Part shown: piece after piece, positions 45,990 to 55,081 of the stretch
Layout: every line of letters starts with the position of its first letter
Numbering within the stretch: position 1 is the first letter of the stretch
Origin: a virus
Taxonomy: Duplodnaviria > Caudoviricetes
Direction: 5' to 3' (one strand)
Virus record (IMG/VR): IMGVR_UViG_3300001765_000186
Span: 1-59,884 of that record
DNA length: 59,884 bases
The notes under the pieces: model-generated
Seen by the model: only the letters and a program-made list of their open reading frames with translations
Told to the model about the DNA's origin: nothing
Databases searched by the model: none
Program-made: the position numbers and the translations under genes

Positions 45990-46892
45990 TTAGTCCCCCC
46001 GCAACCGCTTCTTGTCAGCGGCAGAGAGTGAACGGAACTGGTCTTCATCCAGTGCCTCAACATTGACCCGCGCACCTGTAATGCGAGTGCCAATGCCAGC
46101 TTGTAGGGAAGGTGGTTGCAGGCTTGAATCCTGCGCTCCACGCCTCAATGCGTCCTGGGTGCGAGTATCTAGCGCAGCGTTGCCGCGTGTCGAGTCCCTA
46201 GTGGGGGGTACTGCGTCATCCGGCATGAAACGGGGGGCAATGGCGGCCACCGCACGGCGCAATGCCAGATGCATAGGCACACCCTTGGCAATGTCCACGT
46301 CACGCGCGGCCACGATCAGGCCCAATGCGTATTCGCCTTCTTCGGTTTCAAGGTACGGGTAGTCCGCTACCGCCTGGGTTGACTCTGCCTCCAAACTATT
46401 TGCGATTGCGTTGTACTCGTTGTCTGCAATCAACTCCTGCTTGGTCGAGGCGCGGATATTGGCGTTGATTTCGCGGCGAATGGCCAGTGCAGCCTCGGTG
46501 TTGCCCTCCATCATGGCTTCGATGTACTGCGCTTCCTTGGCGTCCTCGTCAAACTCGGGCAGCGCGGGTGCTGCGGGCTTTGACTGGGTGCGCAGGCGCT
46601 CAATCTCGGCGTTGGCGGCATCCAGTGCGGACAACGCGGCCTTGCGGCCCTCGTTCACTTCATCAAACCGGGCCTTGGGGATGCGTGGTGCAGGTGCGTC
46701 GCGGCCTTCTTCGGTGCCGCCTTCGTTGCCCTTGTCGCCCGCTTCGTCGTCGGTCGGAGTGAAGTCGTCGCCACGGTCCAATGCTGTGCCGGTGGTATCG
46801 CCGCCGTCGTCAGTTGTGGAGCCGGTTGCGGCACCGTCCAGGCTGATTACTTCGCCGGAATCGTCGTTGTCGTTTTCTGTTGGGAATGGCAT
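45990..46892 (-). CDS. Putative scaffolding protein
   Basis: Acidic N-terminus, IPKARFDEVN, C-terminal LSAADKKRLRGD; between portal and capsid. Confidence 0.75.
   Translation of the reverse strand: MPFPTENDNDDSGEVISLDGAATGSTTDDGGDTTGTALDRGDDFTPTDDEAGDKGNEGGTEEGRDAPAPRIPKARFDEVNEGRKAALSALDAANAEIERLRTQSKPAAPALPEFDEDAKEAQYIEAMMEGNTEAALAIRREINANIRASTKQELIADNEYNAIANSLEAESTQAVADYPYLETEEGEYALGLIVAARDVDIAKGVPMHLALRRAVAAIAPRFMPDDAVPPTRDSTRGNAALDTRTQDALRRGAQDSSLQPPSLQAGIGTRITGARVNVEALDEDQFRSLSAADKKRLRGD
46196..46208 (-). promoter_or_regulatory. Late-promoter-like motif copy inside the scaffold gene, upstream of the capsid gene
   Basis: CCCCCCACTAGGG core; -10 spacing less clean. Confidence 0.5.
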
Positions 46893-46940
46893 GGTGTTTT
46901 CCTTGGTGGGTTGAGTGAATGGATGCGGGTCTGTGCCTGC

Positions 46941-47372
46941 TTAAACGGGGTGGTGCGCGGGCTGCTGCGCTTGGAACAGTTGTTCCTTGAGTTGGTAGCC
47001 CATCAGTGGCCAGATCTGCTGCACAGCGTCCGCGCGGGCAACATTGCGGCCTATCTCGGCGTCGAAGTTCTCAGGCGATGCGCAGGACGACTTGCCGGCG
47101 ACAGTGAAGCCATTGCGCAGGGTCAGTACGCAGAAGGTCAGAAGGGATAGCGGGCCGTCGCGGTCTGGCTTGCCTTCTTCCGACTTTGGGTTCTCTGGGT
47201 CCGAGTCGGCCCAGTAGGCAAGCTGTGCACCCTGCCATCCGGTGAAGTAGTCTTCGCGCACGATGTTGGCCTTGATGTCGTCAGGCGTCACGCGCGGGGC
47301 GGTCTTGCCCTTGGCGATGATTTCCTGTTCGATGGCGTCGTCATCGTGTCGGGGTGATTGGATGTTGTGCAT
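46941..47372 (-). CDS. N4 Gp49/Sf6 gp66 family protein (Acb4-like candidate)
   Basis: TAPRVTP, LTFCVLTLRNGFTVAGKSSCASPENFDAEIG..IWPLMGY. Confidence 0.85.
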   Translation of the reverse strand: MHNIQSPRHDDDAIEQEIIAKGKTAPRVTPDDIKANIVREDYFTGWQGAQLAYWADSDPENPKSEEGKPDRDGPLSLLTFCVLTLRNGFTVAGKSSCASPENFDAEIGRNVARADAVQQIWPLMGYQLKEQLFQAQQPAHHPV

Positions 47373-47409
47373 GATTCTTCCTTGTAGTGGGTGGTTTGCT
47401 CGGTGGTGC

Positions 47410-47859
47410 TTACTGCACGGTCACCCAATCCAATGCCAGGATGTCGCCAGTGCTCGGCACCCAGTTGGAAATGGTGTTGTCCGTGTTCTTGATGGTGAAA
47501 TATGGGTTCACGGTCACTGCGCCGTCCGGCTGGTCCTTGGCGAACTTGGCGTTGTTGGGCGACCAGAACTTTTCGTGGTTGACGGCTAAGCCTTCGATGG
47601 GTCCAGCCATCGTCACCCACATGCCCTTGCCGTTCCATCCCTTGCGGGCGACCTTGCCACCCAATCGGAGCACGTTCAATGCGCTGCCGAAATCGAACGG
47701 CGACAACGAAGGCTCAACGGGCGTAGAACGGGCGTAGAACGGCTCAACGGTGCTCCCAGTCACACCAAGGACGCGCTCCAGCATCGCGCGGGCCTGGATG
47801 CCATTCAGCAGGTTGGTGGGCCAGAGCCAAACAACGCGGCCGATAGTGGGTTTGATCAT
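47410..47859 (-). CDS. DUF2829 (Tad2-like) domain protein
   Basis: FDFGSAL..L..G.KVARKGWNGKGMW...PY...WVPSTGDILALDW. Confidence 0.85.
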   Translation of the reverse strand: MIKPTIGRVVWLWPTNLLNGIQARAMLERVLGVTGSTVEPFYARSTPVEPSLSPFDFGSALNVLRLGGKVARKGWNGKGMWVTMAGPIEGLAVNHEKFWSPNNAKFAKDQPDGAVTVNPYFTIKNTDNTISNWVPSTGDILALDWVTVQ

Positions 47860-47972
47860 GGCGCTTTCCTTCTTGGTGGGTGGGTTGATAAATCTGCTGA
47901 CAAACGCTTCTTGCGAGCGCTGGGCTTCCTCTTGCATACGCGCCCAGTTGGCTATGTGTGCGTCTGAAAAGG

Positions 47973-50078
47973 TCATTGGCCAATCCCCGGCTTGGTCCCG
48001 TCAGCCTGTGGCGTTTCAATGCCATCGTTCAGGCCCACGCCGGGGTTAGCCGGTGTCATGGGGTTGGTGTTGGTCGGAATGCCTGCGTCCGTCGGCATGG
48101 GCATACCTGCCGGTGCCTCGGGCACGATTGGCCCCGCGTCTTGGTCCTTGTAGCCTGCTGACTTGAGCAATGCGTCGGCCAGTCCGCTGGTAGCTGGGTT
48201 GGTGGCAATCACCTGGGCGGTCTGGATGGCGCTGTACTGGGCTTCCACGCCGCGTGCGGTGGTGTCGGCATCTGCCTTGCGTGCCTGGGCGGCCATAAGC
48301 TGGGCCTTGGCCTCCAATGTCGGGTCCACAGTCTCGGAGCCCTGCATCTGCTCCATGATGTCGTGCTTGTCGGACAGGTTGGAGTAGCGCACCACGGTCG
48401 CATCTGGGATCTTGATGCCTTCCTTGCGCATGGCCAGTGCCTGATCGAATTGCCCGTTCTCAAACGTCACATTCATAGGCTGCTCGGTGATAACCACGTC
48501 ATAGGTGCCCATGGTGATGTCGTTGAGGTAGCCGCCCTCGCCGTCCGGCTTGTTGATTTCAATGATCTGTTCTTCTTCTTTGCCGGTCGCCGGGTTCAGT
48601 TCGGTGATGCGGAATACTCGGTGCGAGTCGTAATACTTCTGCACCAGTGCCACAACACGGTTTGCAACCAGTCGGCGCGTGTAGGCAAGGTTGTCCAGTG
48701 GCACGGCCAACTGCTGCTGGCTGGCGAACTGGTCGGCCTGCTTGGCAACACCGGATACCGCGTTGCCCTGCAGTCCACGCATGGAGTCGGGCACCGTCAC
48801 GTCCTTGAGCGCCTGGGTCGCGCGGTCGATCAGCTTGTCCACGCCAGATGGCACGTTGTTAGCCGTGATCTTCTGGGGCGCGGTGAATCCCTTTTTGAAC
48901 TCCACCACCAGTCCAGTCTTTGAACCCATTTCCTTGAGGTCGTCCGTATCCATGTTGGAGAGCGACCCTTCCTCCACGATCCATCCACCGTTGGCGCTGC
49001 TGTTGATGATGTGAACGTACTGGCTCACGGTCTTGTTGAGCACTTCCTGGGGACCAATGGCGTTGTCCACCATCCCGCGCGTCTTTCCCCTGCGGAAATA
49101 GGCGAAATACGGCACCGTGGTGATGTCGTCGTAGGGTGAATACTCGTCGTGCAGGGTGGAAAAGTAGGTAGAAACCATCCACCGGACCCGCTTGCGCATC
49201 CGTTTGGCCTGTACTGCACCCTTAACCATGGCGTCGGCAACCTGCTCGGGCGTCAATGAGTCCAGCGTCATGATGTCACCGGTTTCCGGCCATACCAAGC
49301 ACTTGGTCATTTCGTAGACATACTTCTGCCGGTCGATGACCCGATACCGGGCCAGTCCGTCACCCTCATTGCCGTAGGCGTCGTAGCGGCCTGCGGTGTC
49401 ATTGCTGCCGAATGTGTTGCGCTGTGTCTCGCCGTCGGTCACACCGAAGTCTTCGCCTGCGTCGTTGCTGGCCTCGGCAATGTCGCGGGCCTTGCGTCCG
49501 TACCGAGCTTCAATCTCGTCCAGCAGGAGCCAGCGCGTAACGATGCAGTCTCCCCAAGTGCTGGGGTCGTAGGATTTGGCGTCGGGGTCTGGGATGCAAT
49601 CGCGCGGGTCCAGCGTTTCAATCTCCAGTTCGCCCTTCATGTTCTTTTCAAAGCTGATACGGATGTCGAAGTAGCCGCGCTGTTCAATCAGCCCGTCGCT
49701 GTAAACCTGCGTTTCCTTCCAATGGAACTGGTTTTGCGCCATGATTTGCATGACAACCTTGTTCAACACCGTGGCCTTGTCCATGTCGCTCAGTCCACCG
49801 CGCGGCTTGAAAGCGATGTCCATGCGGTTCTGGATCTGGTAGCCCACGGCGCTATTGATGCTGGGCATCACCTCGTTGAACTCATACCAAGGGCGATGCT
49901 CGGCATCCAGTTTGGCCTTAGCGTCTGCCTCCCACTGGCCCCCCCCACCCAGATACATGCCTTCGCACTTCCTGGCCTGGGCCATGTACTCAAGGTGCCC
50001 ACGGTCGCGGCCATACAGGTATCGCGCCCAGTTGTCGCGGGCGATGCAGTTCTTCTCGGCTGTTTTTTTGGTTGGCAT
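47973..50078 (-). CDS. Portal protein
   Basis: 701 aa after terL; YLGGGGQW, PQEVLNK, AVSGVA. Confidence 0.85.
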   Translation of the reverse strand: MPTKKTAEKNCIARDNWARYLYGRDRGHLEYMAQARKCEGMYLGGGGQWEADAKAKLDAEHRPWYEFNEVMPSINSAVGYQIQNRMDIAFKPRGGLSDMDKATVLNKVVMQIMAQNQFHWKETQVYSDGLIEQRGYFDIRISFEKNMKGELEIETLDPRDCIPDPDAKSYDPSTWGDCIVTRWLLLDEIEARYGRKARDIAEASNDAGEDFGVTDGETQRNTFGSNDTAGRYDAYGNEGDGLARYRVIDRQKYVYEMTKCLVWPETGDIMTLDSLTPEQVADAMVKGAVQAKRMRKRVRWMVSTYFSTLHDEYSPYDDITTVPYFAYFRRGKTRGMVDNAIGPQEVLNKTVSQYVHIINSSANGGWIVEEGSLSNMDTDDLKEMGSKTGLVVEFKKGFTAPQKITANNVPSGVDKLIDRATQALKDVTVPDSMRGLQGNAVSGVAKQADQFASQQQLAVPLDNLAYTRRLVANRVVALVQKYYDSHRVFRITELNPATGKEEEQIIEINKPDGEGGYLNDITMGTYDVVITEQPMNVTFENGQFDQALAMRKEGIKIPDATVVRYSNLSDKHDIMEQMQGSETVDPTLEAKAQLMAAQARKADADTTARGVEAQYSAIQTAQVIATNPATSGLADALLKSAGYKDQDAGPIVPEAPAGMPMPTDAGIPTNTNPMTPANPGVGLNDGIETPQADGTKPGIGQ

Positions 50079-50082
50079 GGTG

Positions 50083-51651
50083 TTATGCGGCCTGCGCCGA
50101 TGTCCGTGTGTTGTTGGATGCGGCCTTCTTCAACCGGTCGCGCCAGGAAGGCTCCCGGTTGTGTCTATCCAGCTTGGGGATGCCATTGGCGAACGTCATA
50201 GCCACGCTGTCGCCCTTGTCGGGGCTGCGGCCCAGCACTTCGCGTATCTCGTCCTTGGAGCGGATCAGGATGGCGGCCTTGGTGCCCAGCGTCACGACCT
50301 TGTAGCGAACGGCGCACAGGTCGGCCTTCAACTCGCTGTCAGGCGGTAGCGCAATGGGGTCTGGTGCGGTCGGGTCCAGTGCCTCACGCATACGCCAGTA
50401 CATTTCTGCCCGCTTGTTGCGGAACCGTAGCTGGCCTTCCTTGTCCATCAGGGTTGATGCCTCACTGCCGACCAACGGGTACACCAGCAAGTTCAAGCCA
50501 CGGATGAAGTCCAAGGCGCTGGAACCGATGCCGATGGCATCAACCACCACGGGCGCACCGTTGCGAATCAGGGGCACAACGAACCCGGCGGCTGTTGGGC
50601 CATCCTTCGTCACAACACCTGGGGCTGTCACTATCGTGTCGAACCAGTTGCCGTAGCGGGGTGCTGCCGATGTCTTGTCCAGGCCACCGCGCGACGGGTC
50701 AAGGCCAATGCATGTCATCTGCCCCTTGGCGTCACGGGGCTTCCAGCGGGCCTGGGCGGCTGTCACCCACTCGGTAGGTATCAACTGCCATGCCGGGTCA
50801 CTCGCGCCCGCGTTGAAGTCCCCGCGCAGCATCTGGCTACGCAAGGGCTCGGGCAGGGATTGCAAAGTAGCTTTGTAGCCGGTGCTGCTCAGAAAAAGGT
50901 TGTCGTCAACGCTGGAAGGAATGAAGGTCCGGCTCTTGGGCTTCATCCAGTCCTTGCCGACCAGCACGGGCTCCCCGTCTGGCACTTCCTCGTCCTCGCC
51001 CTTCACGTTGGTGACGTACCAGCGCAATTCGCCCGGCTTGGCGGGGTTAGGGTGTTGCGGGTCCAGCCACGCAGCCCAGAAGCGTTTAACCCACTCCCCG
51101 GCGGCATCCGTGGGCGGGTTCCCGGCGCATACCACGCGCTGGCGAATGTTTGGGTTGTCGGTACGCAACCAGCCTATCAGCGTGCGGAACTGCGACTCGG
51201 TGAAGTGGCAGATTTCATCGAAAAATTTACCGTCATGGGGCCTACCTTGGTACTTCACCCAATCGGTTTCCAGCTTGACGCTACCCAACTCCATGACCTT
51301 GCCACCTGGGAGCCGCCAAACGCCTGTGGTGCTGTTGTAGCCGTCACGGGTACCCAGAATGCTCGTCATCCGTTCTTCGATGCCGATAAGCTGCACGGCT
51401 TCACGCCGGAAGATGATGCTATGCTCCTGTGTGGTGCAGGCAAGTCCCATCAATAGGTCGGTCTTGCCGCCACCAGCCGCACCGCCGTAGAACGTGATGT
51501 CGGCCAACGTCATGTAGGCGCTTTTCTGCGGCCCTGGCTGTGGAACCCATATCTTTTTGGTCCGCGCAACCAGCTTCACAAGCTCGGCCCGCTTCTTGGG
51601 CGTCATGTCCTTGAAGCTCTCCATCAGGTCCGCAGTAGCAGCGTTAGCCAT
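50083..51651 (-). CDS. terL: Terminase large subunit
   Basis: YGGAAGGGKT, FFDE, GNPP, GLDPSRGG.D, RSPDKGDS. Confidence 0.93.
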   Translation of the reverse strand: MANAATADLMESFKDMTPKKRAELVKLVARTKKIWVPQPGPQKSAYMTLADITFYGGAAGGGKTDLLMGLACTTQEHSIIFRREAVQLIGIEERMTSILGTRDGYNSTTGVWRLPGGKVMELGSVKLETDWVKYQGRPHDGKFFDEICHFTESQFRTLIGWLRTDNPNIRQRVVCAGNPPTDAAGEWVKRFWAAWLDPQHPNPAKPGELRWYVTNVKGEDEEVPDGEPVLVGKDWMKPKSRTFIPSSVDDNLFLSSTGYKATLQSLPEPLRSQMLRGDFNAGASDPAWQLIPTEWVTAAQARWKPRDAKGQMTCIGLDPSRGGLDKTSAAPRYGNWFDTIVTAPGVVTKDGPTAAGFVVPLIRNGAPVVVDAIGIGSSALDFIRGLNLLVYPLVGSEASTLMDKEGQLRFRNKRAEMYWRMREALDPTAPDPIALPPDSELKADLCAVRYKVVTLGTKAAILIRSKDEIREVLGRSPDKGDSVAMTFANGIPKLDRHNREPSWRDRLKKAASNNTRTSAQAA

Positions 51652-52285
51652 TGGCGTCCTCCATCAAGGAGGCGATGCGTACCGCAAGCTCGGCATCCGA
51701 CATCGTGGGCTCGGTGTCGTCCCGGCCCTTCTCGTCGTCCAGGCCAAAGGCTTCCCGCTCCAGGGCAATCATCACCTTGAGACTGTCCACCAGTGACTTG
51801 AGCGTGGAACTGCGGCCAGACAGGCTAATGACCTTCTTGTACAGGTCGTTTTGCTTGTCCTGCCCGCTATCGTTCTCGGTACGCATGATTTCACCAAGCG
51901 CCTCCAGCAGTTCAATGCCGTCCGTCTGTAGCTCAAGCTCCTTGAACAGCTTGGAAACCAGCTTGCGGGCGGCTGGGATGTCCTGCCGGTGGCTGATGAT
52001 GATGTCTGCTTGCAGGGTCGCAGCAGCGGTAATCTGCATGGTTTCCGTGACTGCCTGCCCCTTGCGTACCGTTTTGCGTACTTCACTTTTGCGTACTAGT
52101 TCTTCGGCCTTGGCTTTCACCTTGGCCTTGAGGTCGCGCGGCCATGATTCCTTCTTGGCTCTCTTGCGGATAGCACCCTCGGTGCAGTTGTGCAGGGATG
52201 CGATGGCACGCAGTGATGCCACACCTACGCGGTATAGCTCCTGTACGGCTTCCCAGTCGGTTGCGACGGGTGTTTGCGTACTCAT
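51644..52285 (-). CDS. terS: Terminase small subunit
   Basis: DWEAVQELYRVG.SLRAIA...EGAIRKRAKKESW HTH; LEREAFGL. Confidence 0.85.
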   Translation of the reverse strand: MSTQTPVATDWEAVQELYRVGVASLRAIASLHNCTEGAIRKRAKKESWPRDLKAKVKAKAEELVRKSEVRKTVRKGQAVTETMQITAAATLQADIIISHRQDIPAARKLVSKLFKELELQTDGIELLEALGEIMRTENDSGQDKQNDLYKKVISLSGRSSTLKSLVDSLKVMIALEREAFGLDDEKGRDDTEPTMSDAELAVRIASLMEDANG

Positions 52286-52452
52286 GGCGTACCCTTTGCG
52301 GCCTTGGTGTATGCGGCCCATAGCCCTGACCCCGTTGCGCAGCGTGCCCCCCTGCCTTGCCCTCCTGCGATACAGGCGTGACATTGCCAGTGGTGCGCTT
52401 GGTACGCGCGGTCTTGCTGAATCCAGCTTGCGGAGAATGATGGGGCGTCCAT
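52282..52452 (-). CDS. 56-aa His/Cys protein absent from the ORF track (MDAPSFSASWIQQDRAYQAHHWQCHACIAGG...)
   Basis: Follows a late-promoter motif; ATGA overlap with terS; HHxxCxxC...C. Confidence 0.65.
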   Translation of the reverse strand: MDAPSFSASWIQQDRAYQAHHWQCHACIAGGQGRGARCATGSGLWAAYTKAAKGTP

Positions 52453-52487
52453 TGCCCCGCATGGTGCCGACGGTGTGTGCTTTTGGC

Positions 52488-52503
52488 GAACCCTAGTGGG
52501 GGG
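52488..52503 (-). promoter_or_regulatory. Late-promoter-like motif copy (packaging operon)
   Basis: CCCCCCACTAGGGTTC-N21-CACCAT. Confidence 0.7.
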
Positions 52504-52507
52504 ACGT

Positions 52508-52539
52508 AAAAAAGCCCGCTGACTGTGGCGGGCTTTTTT
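52508..52539. terminator. Bidirectional intrinsic terminator
   Basis: AAAAAAGCCCGC-TGACTGTG-GCGGGCTTTTTT. Confidence 0.9.
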
Positions 52540-52553
52540 GGGGATCTATGGGG

Positions 52554-52838
52554 TTAGGTACTGGGGCACATGCGCCAGGAGTTGGTCAGTACCGGTCGCT
52601 CTCGCTTCTCAATGCGGGCTTGGTAGGTCTTGGCCTGGGGATAGCCTGCTACCTTGGGTGCGGCGGGCTCCGTGACTGCCAGTGCCATGAAGTTATCCAC
52701 AATCAGGTTCTTGAAGGCCCGACAAGTGGCATAGGCGTTTTCGGCCACATGCTTGATGGCGTTGCCTACCGATGTGGCGACGGCCAAGGCCAACCCGGCT
52801 ACGACGCCGATTAGGGTGAGAGTGCGAGAACGGGACAT
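52554..52838 (-). CDS. Hypothetical protein with N-terminal hydrophobic segment; stand-alone late unit
   Basis: AAGGA RBS; own promoter motif and terminator. Confidence 0.7.
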   Translation of the reverse strand: MSRSRTLTLIGVVAGLALAVATSVGNAIKHVAENAYATCRAFKNLIVDNFMALAVTEPAAPKVAGYPQAKTYQARIEKRERPVLTNSWRMCPST

Positions 52839-52927
52839 AGTGCGATTCCTTGATGTTGTGCCGTAGCTGCGGCGATCCCTTGCTGTGACGAGAGGAATCC
52901 AGTGTCAACGCTGTGCGGGGATTTGTG

Positions 52928-52942
52928 AAACCCTACTGGGGG
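52928..52942 (-). promoter_or_regulatory. Late-promoter-like motif copy
   Basis: CCCCCAGTAGGGTTT-N21-GACACT. Confidence 0.65.
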
Positions 52943-53206
52943 TCAGCCCTGGTCGCTCTTTTCAAAGCCTGCCGGTGGGAATGGCCTATCCGGCTTCGGG
53001 CGAGAGTCCTGGGGTGCCGGGGGTGGTTCTTCCCCCATGCGCTCTATGGAGCACTTTATGGAGCCACCGCTTACCAGTGCGGCCCTGCCACCATAGGCGC
53101 AGTCGCGGAAGGTCGCGGCGTCCCCCATGGAGTTGCCGGTCACGTAGCCCAGCCCGAAGAACAGGAGCGCTGCCACGGTGTAGACAATGGCGCTCCACGG
53201 GTTCAT
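52943..53206 (-). CDS. Hypothetical membrane-anchored protein
   Basis: N-terminal TM; ATGA overlap. Confidence 0.6.
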   Translation of the reverse strand: MNPWSAIVYTVAALLFFGLGYVTGNSMGDAATFRDCAYGGRAALVSGGSIKCSIERMGEEPPPAPQDSRPKPDRPFPPAGFEKSDQG

Positions 53207-53397
53207 GGTTTCTTGGCTGGCTTGGCTACTGGTGCGGCGTCAATCAGCCCACGCACCCACGGGGCTCCACCGTTGGCGTCGATCTTCTCGCGCTGGGCGG
53301 CGGTCACGACAATGAGGTACTTAACTGGCGGTGTCTCTTTGTCAATCGTGGGGCGGCCTGCGCCTGGGCGGGCGCCGCCGTGTTTGCTATCTGTCAT
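53203..53397 (-). CDS. Small DNA-binding protein (GGARPGAGRP motif)
   Basis: GGAGG RBS; HGGARPGAGRP then RHH-like segment. Confidence 0.7.
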   Translation of the reverse strand: MTDSKHGGARPGAGRPTIDKETPPVKYLIVVTAAQREKIDANGGAPWVRGLIDAAPVAKPAKKP

Positions 53398-53432
53398 CAG
53401 CCCCTCCATATTGAGTGCCAATGGTAGCCGCT

Positions 53433-53783
53433 TCATACGTCGCACCGCTCCTGCACGGTGCAAATTACTTGGTCGGTGCTGTCTGCGGCCTGCACCGCTG
53501 TCACGGTGTCGATGTAGTGCTGCCCTACTCCACGGCAGGGTTTGAACACCTGGGGCAGTAGCCAGTTGTGCGCCTGCTCGGGCGTCAGGTCGTCATCGTG
53601 GCGGGTCAGCAGGAAGTAGACATCCTTGCCGTCGATGTTCCGGTCAATCTCTCCAATCAGCGTTGCCGTGATCTGGGCATCTGGCGGCACGATGTCGGCG
53701 TCCAGGCCGCCCAGTTGGCTATCTGCCTCGGCGCAGGCTTGCTCAAAGGCTGCGGGGGTGGTGATGTCGATAGGGTCGCTCAT
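53433..53783 (-). CDS. Hypothetical protein
   Basis: Co-directional ORF in cluster. Confidence 0.6.
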   Translation of the reverse strand: MSDPIDITTPAAFEQACAEADSQLGGLDADIVPPDAQITATLIGEIDRNIDGKDVYFLLTRHDDDLTPEQAHNWLLPQVFKPCRGVGQHYIDTVTAVQAADSTDQVICTVQERCDV

Positions 53784-53804
53784 GCCGAAACCTTTGGTAC
53801 TGGG

Positions 53805-53945
53805 TCAACACAAAATCATGTTCAGCCTGAGGGCAATGTCCTCCCCGTTCTGACCGCTGCAATTGAACCTGCGCCTGCGAGACAAGATCGCCTGCACCTG
53901 GGTTTCGATGTCGTCGGTGTCGCTGAAAAGTGGGAGTTGGATCAT
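53805..53945 (-). CDS. Small hypothetical protein (MIQLPLF...)
   Basis: ATGA overlap with upstream gene. Confidence 0.4.
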   Translation of the reverse strand: MIQLPLFSDTDDIETQVQAILSRRRRFNCSGQNGEDIALRLNMILC

Positions 53946-54649
53946 GGTGTGCCGTTCTTCGCATCCGGAACCAACTCGCGCCCCGTGCCGTTCTCGCCCC
54001 ATGGCGTGATGATTCCGGCTTTCTCCATGGCCTCAACCATGTACGCGGTGCGGTTGTAGCCGATCCTTAAATGGCGCTGCACCAGCGAAATGCTGCCACG
54101 CTTGAACTTGCGCACGACCTCCAAAGCCTGGGGATAGAGTGGATCTTCGGCCCCGACGTTGCCGGTATTCCTGAGCCCAATCACTGACATGCTGGCGCTT
54201 GTTTCGGCCTCTGTCAGGCCATTGATGCCGACTTGTTCTTGACAGGTTGCTTTGGCGATGGCGGTGCGGGCTTGCTCGTACACCGGATGAAACTCAGCGC
54301 GAGCATCCTGCGGGATGATTTGCTCCCATTCGTCAAACAGTTGGGCGAAAGAAGCAACGAGTTTCAGTAGCTCTTCGCACTGAACCTCTGCGCGATCAGC
54401 GCGAGATTCCTCTTGCCGGAAAGCGTCGGGCGACACGCGGCCCTGTTCTAGAACGTCGGTGGCAATGCCATCGCAGGCATTCCAGCAGGCCACCAACCGG
54501 CGGGCACGTTCTGTGCCCTCTGCTTCATCCTGCGTAGCGTCGATGGTCGCTACTGACTTGTCGTCAGCATCGAAAATCTGCGCGAGGTAGCAACTCCCCG
54601 GCTTTCCTCTTTGAGGCGCGGAGTTGAGCAAGCCGTGTGTGTTGTTCAT
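53942..54649 (-). CDS. Modular protein with C-terminal FtsK-gamma domain
   Basis: DPLYPQALEVV...SISLVQRHLRIGYNRTAYMVEAMEKAGII. Confidence 0.85.
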   Translation of the reverse strand: MNNTHGLLNSAPQRGKPGSCYLAQIFDADDKSVATIDATQDEAEGTERARRLVACWNACDGIATDVLEQGRVSPDAFRQEESRADRAEVQCEELLKLVASFAQLFDEWEQIIPQDARAEFHPVYEQARTAIAKATCQEQVGINGLTEAETSASMSVIGLRNTGNVGAEDPLYPQALEVVRKFKRGSISLVQRHLRIGYNRTAYMVEAMEKAGIITPWGENGTGRELVPDAKNGTP

Positions 54650-54993
54650 ACAGATTCCTCGCACAGTTTGTCGGAGTGCTTATCGCATTCAGCCATAACC
54701 GCATCCCACTTGCCGCCCATGCTGCTATCCGCGATGGCTTCCCAACCGCTGTTGCCCAGCACGATGAATGCGCAATGGCCTTTTGGTTCTTCGGGGTGCT
54801 TGAAGTAGATGTGGCTCTCGTCCACAGCGAACACAGCTTCCATTGCTTCGGCTTCGGTGGTGCACTGCACGATTTCTTCGCCGTCGTTCACCTTGGTCAG
54901 CGCGTACCCGTGCTCAATGGCCGTGCGGATTAAATAGCTCACCAAGTTCCGCTCCATTGCCATGCGGTCGTCGCGTTGTTTCTGTGTTTGCAT
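54646..54993 (-). CDS. Hypothetical protein
   Basis: AAGGA RBS; first gene after a sigma70-like promoter. Confidence 0.75.
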   Translation of the reverse strand: MQTQKQRDDRMAMERNLVSYLIRTAIEHGYALTKVNDGEEIVQCTTEAEAMEAVFAVDESHIYFKHPEEPKGHCAFIVLGNSGWEAIADSSMGGKWDAVMAECDKHSDKLCEESV

Positions 54994-55023
54994 TTCAAGT
55001 CCTTTGCGTTGTTGATACTTGAT

Positions 55024-55052
55024 AATGTATATATCTTTTCAACATCACGCAA
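55024..55052 (-). promoter_or_regulatory. Sigma70-like promoter
   Basis: TTGCGT-17-TACATT in an AT-rich gap. Confidence 0.65.
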
Positions 55053-55081
55053 GGACTTTTGCAGGTTTCTTCAAAATAGTT

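Noticed and set aside
51644-52462. 272-aa terS start and 189-aa spanin start (14612) from the ORF track
   Set aside because: Both extensions overlap better-supported upstream genes
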